Assembly: GCA_036229005.1 (NCBI GenBank)
Contig: JAZAMN010000047.1
Coordinates: 1 to 64,000 of the forward strand
Direction: 5' to 3'
From: Myxococcota bacterium
GTDB lineage: Bacteria > Myxococcota_A > UBA796 > CAJQPC01
DNA length: 64,000 bases
The notes under the pieces are model-generated. The model was not told the origin of the DNA. It searched no databases and worked only from the letters and a program-made list of their open reading frames with translations. Positions 40,598-49,910 of the stretch are shown here, one piece after another. The position numbers and the translations under genes are program-made. Position 1 is the stretch's first letter; every line of letters starts with the position of its first letter.

Positions 40598-41677
40598 TCA
40601 CTCCGCCGAGGACAGGGTCCCGCCAAGCGTGACCTCGCCGGCGAACTGTTGTCCCTGGATCGCGCCGTCCTCCCCCAGGAGGGTCTCGGTGAAGAACGCA
40701 GCCGCGAGCTGCCCCGCAGCCCCTCGTCCCTGCGCGGGCTCGATGAAGTCGAAGGCGCTGCCGTCCTCGTGGCGCTCCCCGCTGCCGCAGCCGTCCTCGA
40801 AGCTGGGGTGCACCCCCAGGAGGTCCGAGACGCTCCAGTGCCCGGCGTCGGGCAGCTCCAGCATCCACGCGGGGCCGCCGGCCTCCTCGATGTTGGAGCG
40901 GATCAGCGTGTTGCCCAGCTCCGTGATGGACCCGTCCTCCTGGGCCAGCAGGATGGCGATGGGGGCGTCCAGCTCCGAGACCACGACGCCCTTGAGCAGC
41001 GGGTTCTCCATGGGCGCGGCCAGGCCCAGCGCGGCGCTCACCCGCGCGTCCTCCTGCAGCAGGTACCCCGAGGTCACGCTCCCGAAGCTGTGCCCGATGG
41101 CCCCGATGCGCTGCGCGTCGATCTCCAGCTCCAGCGGGGGCGTCGCGAGCACCTGATCCAACACCCGCTGCTGATCGCTCAGCCGGAGCGCCAGCGTGCT
41201 CTCGTTCAAGGGGAGCTGCCCTGTCTCGGCCAGCATCTCCCACATTGTGTTGCCCACGTGGTCGGGCGCCGCGACCACAAAACCCCAGCTCGCCAGGTGC
41301 TCCGCCACCGAGAAGGTCGAGAAGCGCGCGCACTCGTGGCAGTGCGACATCAGCAGCAGGGGGAGGGGACCGCCCACCGGCTCAGCGTCCAGGGTCGCCG
41401 TCGGCGCGTCGTTCACGCAGCCAGTCGGGGCCTCGGCCATCAGGGTGGCCCACTGCTCGCCCTGCGCAGGGGTGAGGAAGGACTGGGTGATCGAGCTGGG
41501 CTGGCCCACCGCCTGGGTCGGGTACCAGATCTCCACCGTCAGCGACCGCTCGGCATCGTCGAGGACAAGCTGGGTGTGACCGGCCTGGTAGGGGCCCGCC
41601 GCGCTGTAGTCCGTCACCGGGGTCGAAGAGTCCACCGGCTCGGGCTGGGGGCAGGCGAGCAGCGTCAGCAGGATCAT
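40598..41677 (-). CDS. Lipoprotein alpha/beta hydrolase (PAF-AH/dienelactone hydrolase-like)
   Basis: LLAC; EIWYP, HLASWGFVVAAPDH, GHSFG, AGHWS. Confidence 0.87.
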   Translation of the reverse strand: MILLTLLACPQPEPVDSSTPVTDYSAAGPYQAGHTQLVLDDAERSLTVEIWYPTQAVGQPSSITQSFLTPAQGEQWATLMAEAPTGCVNDAPTATLDAEPVGGPLPLLLMSHCHECARFSTFSVAEHLASWGFVVAAPDHVGNTMWEMLAETGQLPLNESTLALRLSDQQRVLDQVLATPPLELEIDAQRIGAIGHSFGSVTSGYLLQEDARVSAALGLAAPMENPLLKGVVVSELDAPIAILLAQEDGSITELGNTLIRSNIEEAGGPAWMLELPDAGHWSVSDLLGVHPSFEDGCGSGERHEDGSAFDFIEPAQGRGAAGQLAAAFFTETLLGEDGAIQGQQFAGEVTLGGTLSSAE

Positions 41678-43122
41678 GGGGCGTCCTCTTGGGCCGGGAC
41701 CTCCAGCGAGCGCAGAACCCGGCTCAGGGTGCGGCCCAGGCGGGTCTGCTCGCGGATCATGGGGACCAGCGGCCAGACGGCCCGCTCGCCCTGGTGGATG
41801 AAGTGGGCCAGGTCCTGGGGGGTGGGGTTGGCCACCACCTTGCGGTACAGGCTCCACGAGAAGGGCGGGTGGATGTCGATGTCGCCCCGGTAATCCTGGG
41901 ACACCAGCCCGTAGGCCCGGTCTGCGAGCTGGGAGGCCGTCCCCCGCGCAGAGGTCGCCCGGCGCGCCAGATCCGCGGCGTGGGCTGCTTGAGTGCGCGC
42001 CGTCGAGCCCACCAGCCCGGCCAGAGTGGGGGCGAAGCCGCGCTGTCCGTGGTGGCGGACCAGGGGCATCACGTGGGGGTTGGTCTGGCTGACGATGAAG
42101 TGGTTCACGTTGTGCAGCCGGGCCAGACGCTGCTTGGGCAGATCGCCGTGCAGGCTGCCGTCCACCCAGAGCTCGCCGTCCATGTAGGCGCGCTCGCTGC
42201 CGTCGGGGTTCTTGGCCCGGAGCTGAACGGGCGGGAAGAGCGCGGGTAGCGCGGAGCTGGCCAGCGCGGCAGACGCGATGGTGACCTCGGGGCAGGTCAG
42301 AGCCGTCAGCAGGCGCGGGCGCTGCCGGGCCCGGAAGGGTGAGACCGAGATGTTCAGGATTCTCCCGCTGCGCTCCTGGGCCTGCTGGAAGGTCCACTCC
42401 CCGCAGTTGTGGCGGAGCACGGCCTCGAGCTGCGCGGGGTCCAGCCAGGCGCCGTCCTGGAGGGCCCGCCGAATCCCCACCGGCATCAGGCCGTCCAGGC
42501 GGATGGAGTCGGGGTGCGCGTACATGAGCGCGAGCTCGGAGTCGCTGCGGGAGCACACGCCGGCGGCGATCATGGCCCCCGTGCTCGCCCCGCTGAGGAT
42601 GTGGGGGAGCAGCTCCAGCTCAAAGAGCGCCTTGACCACGCCCAGGTGGTGGAAGCCCCATGTGGCCCCACCGGAGAGCAGCAGCGCGCTGCGTCCGAAC
42701 ACCTGCACGCCTTGCTTGAAGCGTTCGTGGGCCTGGGCGCGGGGGAGCTGATCGCCGGGGACCTGGGCCAGCCACTGCAGGGAGGCCTCGACCTCGTCCT
42801 GGTAGCGGACCAGCAGGCGCTTTGGGCCGGACAGGGCGCCGCTGTAGTGTTCCGGGGCGCGGACCTCGCCCAGGTGGCGGGAGATCGCCTCGGTGACCGC
42901 GCGGACCAGCTCCAGGGCCCGCCCCTCGCTGCGGAGCGTGGCCATGGTCCGGATGGACTGGCGCAGGGCCAGGGCCTCGTCGGCGTCGTCGGGATCGGCG
43001 TCCTGCCACTCGGCCCCGCCGGTGAGCTGATCGTAGGCCTGGGCGGCCTCCAGCCAGTCCAGGTAGCTCTGGGCGTGCTCCAAGGCGGAGATCGCGGCGC
43101 GGAGCTTTCGGGGACGCAACAT
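41674..43122 (-). CDS. Patatin-like lipase with DUF3336 (TGL/SDP1-like)
   Basis: FGRSALLLSGGATWG..HLGV, GASTG, WVDGS, HFIVSQTNPH. Confidence 0.9.
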   Translation of the reverse strand: MLRPRKLRAAISALEHAQSYLDWLEAAQAYDQLTGGAEWQDADPDDADEALALRQSIRTMATLRSEGRALELVRAVTEAISRHLGEVRAPEHYSGALSGPKRLLVRYQDEVEASLQWLAQVPGDQLPRAQAHERFKQGVQVFGRSALLLSGGATWGFHHLGVVKALFELELLPHILSGASTGAMIAAGVCSRSDSELALMYAHPDSIRLDGLMPVGIRRALQDGAWLDPAQLEAVLRHNCGEWTFQQAQERSGRILNISVSPFRARQRPRLLTALTCPEVTIASAALASSALPALFPPVQLRAKNPDGSERAYMDGELWVDGSLHGDLPKQRLARLHNVNHFIVSQTNPHVMPLVRHHGQRGFAPTLAGLVGSTARTQAAHAADLARRATSARGTASQLADRAYGLVSQDYRGDIDIHPPFSWSLYRKVVANPTPQDLAHFIHQGERAVWPLVPMIREQTRLGRTLSRVLRSLEVPAQEDAP

Positions 43123-43164
43123 GCACCAGCAATATCGCGCTGGGGGCCCGTGTACCCTTGGACC

Positions 43165-43809
43165 ATGCTCACCTTGCTCCTGCTGCTGGCCTGCAGCGAC
43201 CCGGCGCCGCCAACCCACACCGTCGTTCGGGGGGACACCCTCTCCAAGCTGGCGGCCACCCACGGGGTGAGCGTCGCGCAGCTCAAGGAGTGGAACGGTC
43301 TCTCCAGCGACCGCATCGACGTCGGTCAGGTGCTGGTCGTGGGGGAGGGGAGCGCGGAGCCTGTGGCGGCGGTGCCCAGTCGCTCCTCGTCGGCGCCCAG
43401 AGGTGTCTCCAAGCCCCGGAGCGCCCCGAAGGTCCAGAGCGGTGGGCGCACCCTGCCCCCGGAGAAGCCCTGCATCCCTCTCCCCACTGACGCGGAGATC
43501 CAGGGGATGGAGGCGGGCTTTTCAGGAGCGGCTGGGTTGTCGCGCGCGCAGGTCAAGTCCACCATGGACGCTGCGCTCCCCGGTCTCTCTGTGTGCATCG
43601 AGGGACCCTGGCCCGAAGGCGAGGCCACCCTGGAGATCACCGCTGGCTGCAATGGCCGGGTGTCCGCCGTGCGGGTCGTGGATTCGGGGACGCTGGAGCC
43701 TGCGCTGCTGGAGTGCATCCAGCAAGAGCTGCGATTTGTTGGCTTTCCAGCCCACGATCTTCCCGATGGGGAGCGCTTTGTCTACCCCATCCAGTTCTCG
43801 GGCGGGTGA
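43165..43809 (+). CDS. LysM lipoprotein with C-terminal TonB_C/AgmX-like domain
   Basis: [50 protein letters not shown]. Confidence 0.85.
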   Translation: MLTLLLLLACSDPAPPTHTVVRGDTLSKLAATHGVSVAQLKEWNGLSSDRIDVGQVLVVGEGSAEPVAAVPSRSSSAPRGVSKPRSAPKVQSGGRTLPPEKPCIPLPTDAEIQGMEAGFSGAAGLSRAQVKSTMDAALPGLSVCIEGPWPEGEATLEITAGCNGRVSAVRVVDSGTLEPALLECIQQELRFVGFPAHDLPDGERFVYPIQFSGG

Positions 43810-43924
43810 GCGCTGCGAGAAGGGGGCGATCGTTTCCGCACGGACGTGCTACGTGCCCTATGCCACGCGGGTGCGCCATGGTTGGTGTCCCCGATTGACG
43901 CAAGATCCAAGACGAGGGTTGAGC

Positions 43925-45172
43925 ATGAAGATCCACGAGTACCAGGCCAAGCAGATCCTGGCCCGCCACGGTGTGGCGGTCCTGGATGGTGTAGTGGCCG
44001 AGACCGCGGACGAGGCCGCTGCCGCCGCTGAGAAGCTGGGCGGGCCGGTCGTCGTCGTCAAGTCCCAGGTCCACGCAGGTGGACGCGGCAAGGGCCGCTT
44101 CAAGGGCGATGTGAGCGAGGCCGACCTGCAGCAGGTCCTGGCCGGCGCGGAGGAGGTCCCCGGAAAGGGCGGCGTCCGCGTGGTCAAGGGCGCTGACGGT
44201 GCCAAGACCGCCGCCGCTGACATGCTGGGCAAGACCCTGGTCACCAAGCAGACCGGGATCGAGGGCTCCGTGGTCAACAAGGTCTACGTGGAGTCCGGCT
44301 GCGACATCGCCCGCGAGCTCTACCTGGGCGTCCTGCTGGACCGCGAGGTCGGCAAGATCGTGGTGATGGCCTCCGTCGAGGGCGGCACCGAGATCGAGGA
44401 GGTCGCCGAGCACAACCCCGACGCCATCCTCAAGGTGCACGCCGACCCCATCACGGGTCTGGGCGCCTGGCAGGCCCGCGAGCTGGCCTTCGGCCTCGGC
44501 CTGACCGGCGCGGCCTTCAAGAGCGGCGTGAAGTTCATCATGAAGCTCTACGCCGCCTTCATGGCCGAAGACTGCGCCATGGCGGAGATCAACCCCCTGG
44601 TCGTGACCGGTGACGGTCAGGTCGTCGCGCTGGACTGCAAGATGTCCTTCGACGACAACGCCCTGTACCGCCACAAGGACACCGTGGCGATGCGCGACCT
44701 GGCCGAGGAGGAGCCCTCCGAGATCGAGGCCGGCAAGTACGACCTGAGCTTCGTGAAGCTCGACGGCAACATCGGCTGCATGGTCAACGGCGCTGGCCTG
44801 GCCATGGCCACCATGGACATCATCAAGTTCTACGGCTCCGAGCCCGCGAACTTCCTGGACGTGGGCGGCGGCGCCAACGAGGAGAAGGTCACCGCGGCCT
44901 TCAAGATCATCACCGCCGACCCCGCGGTCGAGGGCATCCTGGTCAACATCTTCGGCGGCATCATGAAGTGTGATGTCATCGCCGCGGGTGTCCTGGCCGC
45001 CGTCAAGCAGGTGGGCCTGAAGGTCCCCCTGGTCGTGCGCCTGGCCGGAACCAACGTGGAGGAGGGCAAGAAGCTGCTGGCCGACAGCGGCCTGGCCGTC
45101 ATCCCCGCCGACTCGATGGCCGACGCCGCCGAGAAGATCGTCAACGCCGTCAACGCTGCAAAGGGGGCCTGA
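43925..45172 (+). CDS. sucC: Succinyl-CoA synthetase beta subunit
   Basis: [46 protein letters not shown]. Confidence 0.97.
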   Translation: MKIHEYQAKQILARHGVAVLDGVVAETADEAAAAAEKLGGPVVVVKSQVHAGGRGKGRFKGDVSEADLQQVLAGAEEVPGKGGVRVVKGADGAKTAAADMLGKTLVTKQTGIEGSVVNKVYVESGCDIARELYLGVLLDREVGKIVVMASVEGGTEIEEVAEHNPDAILKVHADPITGLGAWQARELAFGLGLTGAAFKSGVKFIMKLYAAFMAEDCAMAEINPLVVTGDGQVVALDCKMSFDDNALYRHKDTVAMRDLAEEEPSEIEAGKYDLSFVKLDGNIGCMVNGAGLAMATMDIIKFYGSEPANFLDVGGGANEEKVTAAFKIITADPAVEGILVNIFGGIMKCDVIAAGVLAAVKQVGLKVPLVVRLAGTNVEEGKKLLADSGLAVIPADSMADAAEKIVNAVNAAKGA

Positions 45173-45173
45173 A

Positions 45174-46043
45174 ATGGCTGTTCTCGTCAACTCTGAGACC
45201 CGCCTGCTCTGCCAGGGCATCACGGGCTCCGCTGGCAGCTTCCACTGCGGCCAGATGATGGACTACGGCACCAACCTGGTGGCCGGTGTGACCCCGGGCA
45301 AGGGTGGTCAGCGCTTCAACAGCAGCGTGCCCATCTTCGACACGGTGAAGCAGGCGGTGAAGGAGACCGGCGCCAACGCCTCGGTCATCTTCGTGCCGCC
45401 CCCCTTCGCCGCGGACGCCATCCTGGAGGCCATCGACGCCGGCATCGAGCTGGTGATCCCCATTACCGAGGGCATCCCCGTCAAGGACATGATCCCCGTG
45501 AAGGCCTACCTCGAGGCCTCCGGTGCTCGGATGATCGGCCCCAACTGCCCCGGTGTCATCACCCCCGGTCAGTGCAAGATCGGCATCATGCCCGGTCACA
45601 TCCACACCCCCGGTCGCATCGGCGTGGTCAGCCGCTCCGGCACCCTGACCTACGAGGCCGTCGGTCAGCTCTCCGCGCTGGGCCTGGGCCAGTCCACCTG
45701 CATCGGCATCGGTGGTGACCCCATCATCGGCACCAAGCACATCGACGCCCTCAAGCTCTTCAACGACGACCCCGACACCGACGTCATCGTGATGATCGGC
45801 GAGATCGGCGGCACCGCCGAGGAGGAGGCCGCTGCCTGGGCCAAGGACAACTGCGACAAGCCCATCGTTGGCTTCATCGCGGGCGCCACGGCACCTCCGG
45901 GCCGCCGCATGGGCCACGCTGGCGCCATCATCTCCGGCGGCAGCGGCACGGCCGAGGCCAAGTACGCCGCGATGGAGGAGGCTGGCTTCCACCTGAGCCG
46001 CTCCCCCGCCGAGATGGGCAAGGTCGTGGCCGGCCTGCTCTGA
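45174..46043 (+). CDS. sucD: Succinyl-CoA synthetase alpha subunit
   Basis: [37 protein letters not shown]. Confidence 0.97.
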   Translation: MAVLVNSETRLLCQGITGSAGSFHCGQMMDYGTNLVAGVTPGKGGQRFNSSVPIFDTVKQAVKETGANASVIFVPPPFAADAILEAIDAGIELVIPITEGIPVKDMIPVKAYLEASGARMIGPNCPGVITPGQCKIGIMPGHIHTPGRIGVVSRSGTLTYEAVGQLSALGLGQSTCIGIGGDPIIGTKHIDALKLFNDDPDTDVIVMIGEIGGTAEEEAAAWAKDNCDKPIVGFIAGATAPPGRRMGHAGAIISGGSGTAEAKYAAMEEAGFHLSRSPAEMGKVVAGLL

Positions 46044-46065
46044 GAGCGGTCTGGTCGTGATTGAG

Positions 46066-46095
46066 CGGGCCTCCCGGAGACGGGGGGCCCGTTTT
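46066..46095 (+). terminator. Intrinsic terminator of sucCD
   Basis: CGGGCCTCCCG-GAGA-CGGGGGGCCCG followed by TTTT. Confidence 0.8.
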
Positions 46096-46230
46096 GGTTT
46101 TGGGGGGCGGAGGGGCTGGTTCTGCTGGGGCACGGTCTCCTCAACTCCGGGGAATCTGCGCCCTTGGGGCTGTAGGGGGCTGGTGGTGCCTGCGAGGTGC
46201 GGCTTGGCCTGAGTATGCGTCGGGCGCCTC

Positions 46231-47753
46231 TCCAGGTCCGGGTCGAGAGGAGACGGCGTCGGTGGTGGCTCTCCGTAGAGAGCGGCGTTCCAGGTTCGGG
46301 TTGAGAGGAGACGGCGTCGGGGGTGACTCTCCGTAGAGAGCGGCGTTCCAGGTTCGGGTTGAGAGGAGACGGCGTCGGTGGTGACTCGCGGTAGACAGCG
46401 GCGTCCCGGGTCCGAGCGCCGTCTGTCTTTTCTGAAGGGGGCAAGCCCCCTTCGGCAGCGGAGCTGCCTGACCCATGTCGATTCACAGGACGCGCCCGAA
46501 GGGTCGTCCTTGAATCTGACCGGGGGACCCCCTACGACCCCCACGGAGGCTGCGCCTCCATGGGCGCTTTCGCCGAGCCCTTCGCCCGGCACGCCGGGCT
46601 TGGTCCGCGCCGGTCCCCCAATTGCGAAACCAGACTCGGACTGATCGCGGGATGAATCCCGCGGTCCGGTCAGGTTTGCGCAAGCCCCCCTCGGCGTCGG
46701 GTCGCAGGACGACCTGCACTCCGCGCTGTTTGGGTGAAGGGCTGCAAGCAGCCCCAAGCCTGCGGCTTGCCCAAACAACGTGAAGAGCAGCCCATCGGGC
46801 CGACACGCTCCATGGTTGTGGGAGCCGGGTCCGAGCGGGGGTGAGGCACTTCCCGGTTCGGGTCGAGAGGAGACGGCGTCAATGGTGACTCGCCGTAGAC
46901 AGCGCCGTCCCTGGTCCGGGTCGAGAGGAGACGGCGTCGGTGGTGACTCTCCGTAGAGAGCGGCGTCCCGGGTCCGAGCGCCGTCTGTCATTTCTGAAGG
47001 GGGCAAGCCCCCTTCGGCAGCGGAGCTGCCTGACCCATGTCGATTCACAGGACGCGCCCAAAGGGTCGTCCTTGAATCTGACCGGGGGACCCCCTACGAC
47101 CCCCACGGAGGCTGCGCCTCCATGGGCGCTTTCGCCGAGCCCTTCGCCCGGCACGCCGGGCTTGGTCCGCGCCGGTCCCCCAGTTGCGAAACCAGACTCG
47201 GACTCTCGCGGGATGAATCCTGCGGTCCGGTCAGGTTTGCGCACGCACCAAGGCGGTCCGGAGGACGGCCGCAGGGGGCGGCGAAAGCCTCCAAGCGACC
47301 GGCGGTTCGCTTGGAGGACGTAGGGCCCTCCCGGCGTCGGGGCCGAGCGGAAACGGCGTCGGTGGTGACTCAGGGGCCGAGCCGGGGCGGGTCGAGGGGA
47401 GACGGTGTCAATGGTGACTCGCCGTAGACAGCGGCGTCCCGGGTCCGAGCGCCGCCTGTCTTTTCTGAAGGGGGCAAGCCCCCTTCGGCAGCGGAGCTGC
47501 CTGACCCCCGGGGGACCCTCGCCGGTCCCCCAGTTGCGAAACCAGACTCGGACTGATCGCGGGATGAATCCCGCGGTCCGGTCAGGTTTGCGCAAGTCCC
47601 CCTTGGCGTCGGGTCGCAGAGCGACCTGCACTCCGCGCTGTTTGGGTGAAGGGCTGCAAGCAGCCCCAAGCCTGCGGCTTGCCCAAACAACGCGAAGAGC
47701 AGCCCATCGGGCCGACACGCTCCATGGTCGTGGGAGCCGGGTCCGAGCGGGGG
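46231..47753. repeat. Non-coding mosaic of three copies of a multi-hairpin element, each preceded by 58-bp units; candidate structured RNA or BIME/MITE-like element
   Basis: Copies at about 46231-46841, 46851-47243 and 47385-47753 share near-identical modules; no credible protein in any frame. Confidence 0.9.
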
Positions 47754-47765
47754 CCCAGAGTCAAA

Positions 47766-47795
47766 GAGGGCGTGACCCCGAAGGATCACGCCCTC
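47766..47795 (-). terminator. Intrinsic terminator of ndk, possibly bidirectional
   Basis: Minus strand GAGGGCGTGATCC-TTCG-GGGTCACGCCCTC-TTT. Confidence 0.75.
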
Positions 47796-47870
47796 TCTCT
47801 CCTCAAAGGAGCGAATCGACTTCAGTCAGATCCGAGCAGGCCACCTTCGGTGCCCTACTGCGAATCGACT

Positions 47871-48284
47871 TCAGTGCAGCTCAGTCGCAGCAAAGAAGTA
47901 CGCGATCTCCTGAGCAGCGGTCTCGGGAGCGTCCGAGCCGTGCACAGCGTTCTCGCCGATGGAGTCGGCGTAGAGCTTGCGGAGGGTGCCCTCGGCGGCC
48001 TCGGCGGGGTTGGTGGCGCCCATGATCTCGCGGTTGCGCTTGATGGCGTTCTCACCCTCGAGCACCATGACGACGCAGGGGCCGCTGGACATGAAGTCGG
48101 TCAGCTCGCCAAAGAAGGGGCGCTCGCTGTGCACAGCGTAGAAGCCCTCGGCGACGCGCTTGCTCATGTGGATCTTCTTCATCGCGACGATGCGGAGACC
48201 CTCCTCTTCGAAGCGAGCGATGATCTTGCCGATCACGCCCTTGGCGGTGGCGTCGGGCTTGATGATGGAGAAGGTGCGCTCCAT
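47871..48284 (-). CDS. ndk: Nucleoside diphosphate kinase
   Basis: [33 protein letters not shown]. Confidence 0.98.
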   Translation of the reverse strand: MERTFSIIKPDATAKGVIGKIIARFEEEGLRIVAMKKIHMSKRVAEGFYAVHSERPFFGELTDFMSSGPCVVMVLEGENAIKRNREIMGATNPAEAAEGTLRKLYADSIGENAVHGSDAPETAAQEIAYFFAATELH

Positions 48285-48425
48285 GGCGAACTCCTGCAGT
48301 GTGGGGTTTGGGCGGCCCCACTAACCCCGGGCTCCCGGCCGGCAAGTGACGGAATCGGGCCGCGCACAGGGCCTTGACCGCACCCCCGCGGGGGCGGGGC
48401 TCTATACTCCCGGAACGGAGGCTTC

Positions 48426-49211
48426 ATGGCTGGCGTGCGCGACGAGTACCACTTCTCGATGTCCATCGGAAAGGGCCTGTTCACCGAGCTGCTGACGGCC
48501 GCGCTGCCCTACAAGATCCAGAGCGGACGCTTCCACCTGACCGACAACCTGCGCAGCGCCGCGCGCCAGCTCCAGGTCAAGCAGAAGGTCGCCGGCCTAC
48601 TCGAAGGCCCAGAAGGCTCCGCGCTGGTCCGGGTCAAGGACCGCGCCGCCAGCGTCTGGCACAACCGCCGCGATCAGGTCTACGACACCCTGGACAAGGT
48701 CCTGCGGGTCGAGGGCGACTGGGAGGTCCTGCTCGACGCCGACGGCTCCGAGTTCACCTACGGCGAGCAGGAGATCGGCGCCGAGGCCTACTTCAAGGCC
48801 GTGGCCACCGGAAAGGCCGTGCTGCTGGGCGAGAACCTGGAGCTGCCCTTCCGCCTGGAGAAGCGCGTCGGCGCCGAGGTCCACCTGGGCGGCATCCACT
48901 ACGACAACCACAAGCAGGAGATCGTCGGCCAGGTCCAGGGCGTGGGCGTCGACCTGGGCGGGAGCCTGCTCCTCAAGCTGCTCAACGACGTGCTCGGCAA
49001 GGTCCTGGAGCAGCAGGCCCAGGAGCGCCTGAACCCCGTCACGGTGCTCCCCAAGGCGCAGTTGGATGAGCTGGTCGCCGGGGCCGCCACCGCCATCAAG
49101 CTCAAGATGGAGGTCTCCGACGTCGCCCTGGAGGTGGGGGAGGAGATGATGACTCTGAAGGTGCGCTTCGGGTTCACCCAGCTCCAGCTTGAGGACGGCC
49201 GCACCCGCTGA
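48426..49211 (+). CDS. Hypothetical protein, possibly TULIP-like elongated fold
   Basis: GGAGG SD, upstream TATACT, strong GC3 bias; the fold is only a guess. Confidence 0.75.
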   Translation: MAGVRDEYHFSMSIGKGLFTELLTAALPYKIQSGRFHLTDNLRSAARQLQVKQKVAGLLEGPEGSALVRVKDRAASVWHNRRDQVYDTLDKVLRVEGDWEVLLDADGSEFTYGEQEIGAEAYFKAVATGKAVLLGENLELPFRLEKRVGAEVHLGGIHYDNHKQEIVGQVQGVGVDLGGSLLLKLLNDVLGKVLEQQAQERLNPVTVLPKAQLDELVAGAATAIKLKMEVSDVALEVGEEMMTLKVRFGFTQLQLEDGRTR

Positions 49212-49263
49212 GGGATCCGCCCATCGGCGAGGTCACCGGCAGGTTGACTCCGTGCTTGGCGAC

Positions 49264-49830
49264 TCAGTGCTTGGCGCTGGGACCCACCCAGTCCTCGAGT
49301 AGATCCAGGGAGCGGTCGGCGGGATCCGGGGGCTCCTCGTTGAAGAACACCAGCGCGGACTCCCGCAGCTCCCGGATCCGCAGCGCGAGCTGGCGCTCGA
49401 CCACCACGTACTCCGGCTCGCTGTAGCGCTGCTCCAGCACCGCGATCGCCATCGCGCCGGCCCGCAGGCCCTGGGCCACCGAGAAGGGGACCCACATGCG
49501 CTGGATGTGGAGCCCGTCCAGGCCCACAAAGAAGAAGCGGGCTGGGCCGCCGCTCAGGCGCAGGTGCCCACCCTGGATGAGGTGGGTCAGGCGGAGCGCC
49601 CGGGCGGCCTTCTGCTCCAGCGCGGCGCGGGCCTTGGCCTCCTGCAGCTTGCGGTCGAGTTCCGCCTGGCGGGCCGCCTCCTGCTCCTGCTGTTCCCGCT
49701 GGGCGACCACCTTGGCCTTCTCGCGGGAGGCCTGCTTGTTCTTCCGGCTCTTCTTGAGCTGGCGGTTCGCGCGCTTGACCTGCTTGCCGGAGACGGCTCC
49801 GGACTTGAGCAAGGCGTCACGAAGAGACAT
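49264..49830 (-). CDS. DUF2058 (YaiL-like) family protein
   Basis: MSLRDALLKSG..K-rich helix; FFF..IQRMWV...LRAGAMAI. Confidence 0.8.
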   Translation of the reverse strand: MSLRDALLKSGAVSGKQVKRANRQLKKSRKNKQASREKAKVVAQREQQEQEAARQAELDRKLQEAKARAALEQKAARALRLTHLIQGGHLRLSGGPARFFFVGLDGLHIQRMWVPFSVAQGLRAGAMAIAVLEQRYSEPEYVVVERQLALRIRELRESALVFFNEEPPDPADRSLDLLEDWVGPSAKH

Positions 49831-49910
49831 CCGGTCCTCCAGCTTGGGCGCAGGGATGATAGATAGGGGGGCAGCGGTCGCAGTCCGACCCCGATCCTCC
49901 GGTGCAAAGC

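Noticed and set aside
46231..47753. Assignment of the mosaic to tRNA, rRNA, tmRNA, RNase P or a group II intron
   Set aside because: I found no T-loop/CCA pattern, rRNA signature, RNase P P4 motif or intron domain V by eye. An Rfam scan is still needed.
46061..48025. ORFs across the sucD-ndk mosaic, including 45150..47048 and 46879..47718
   Set aside because: Low-complexity R/P/G translations; copies of the same module fall in different frames; no motifs.
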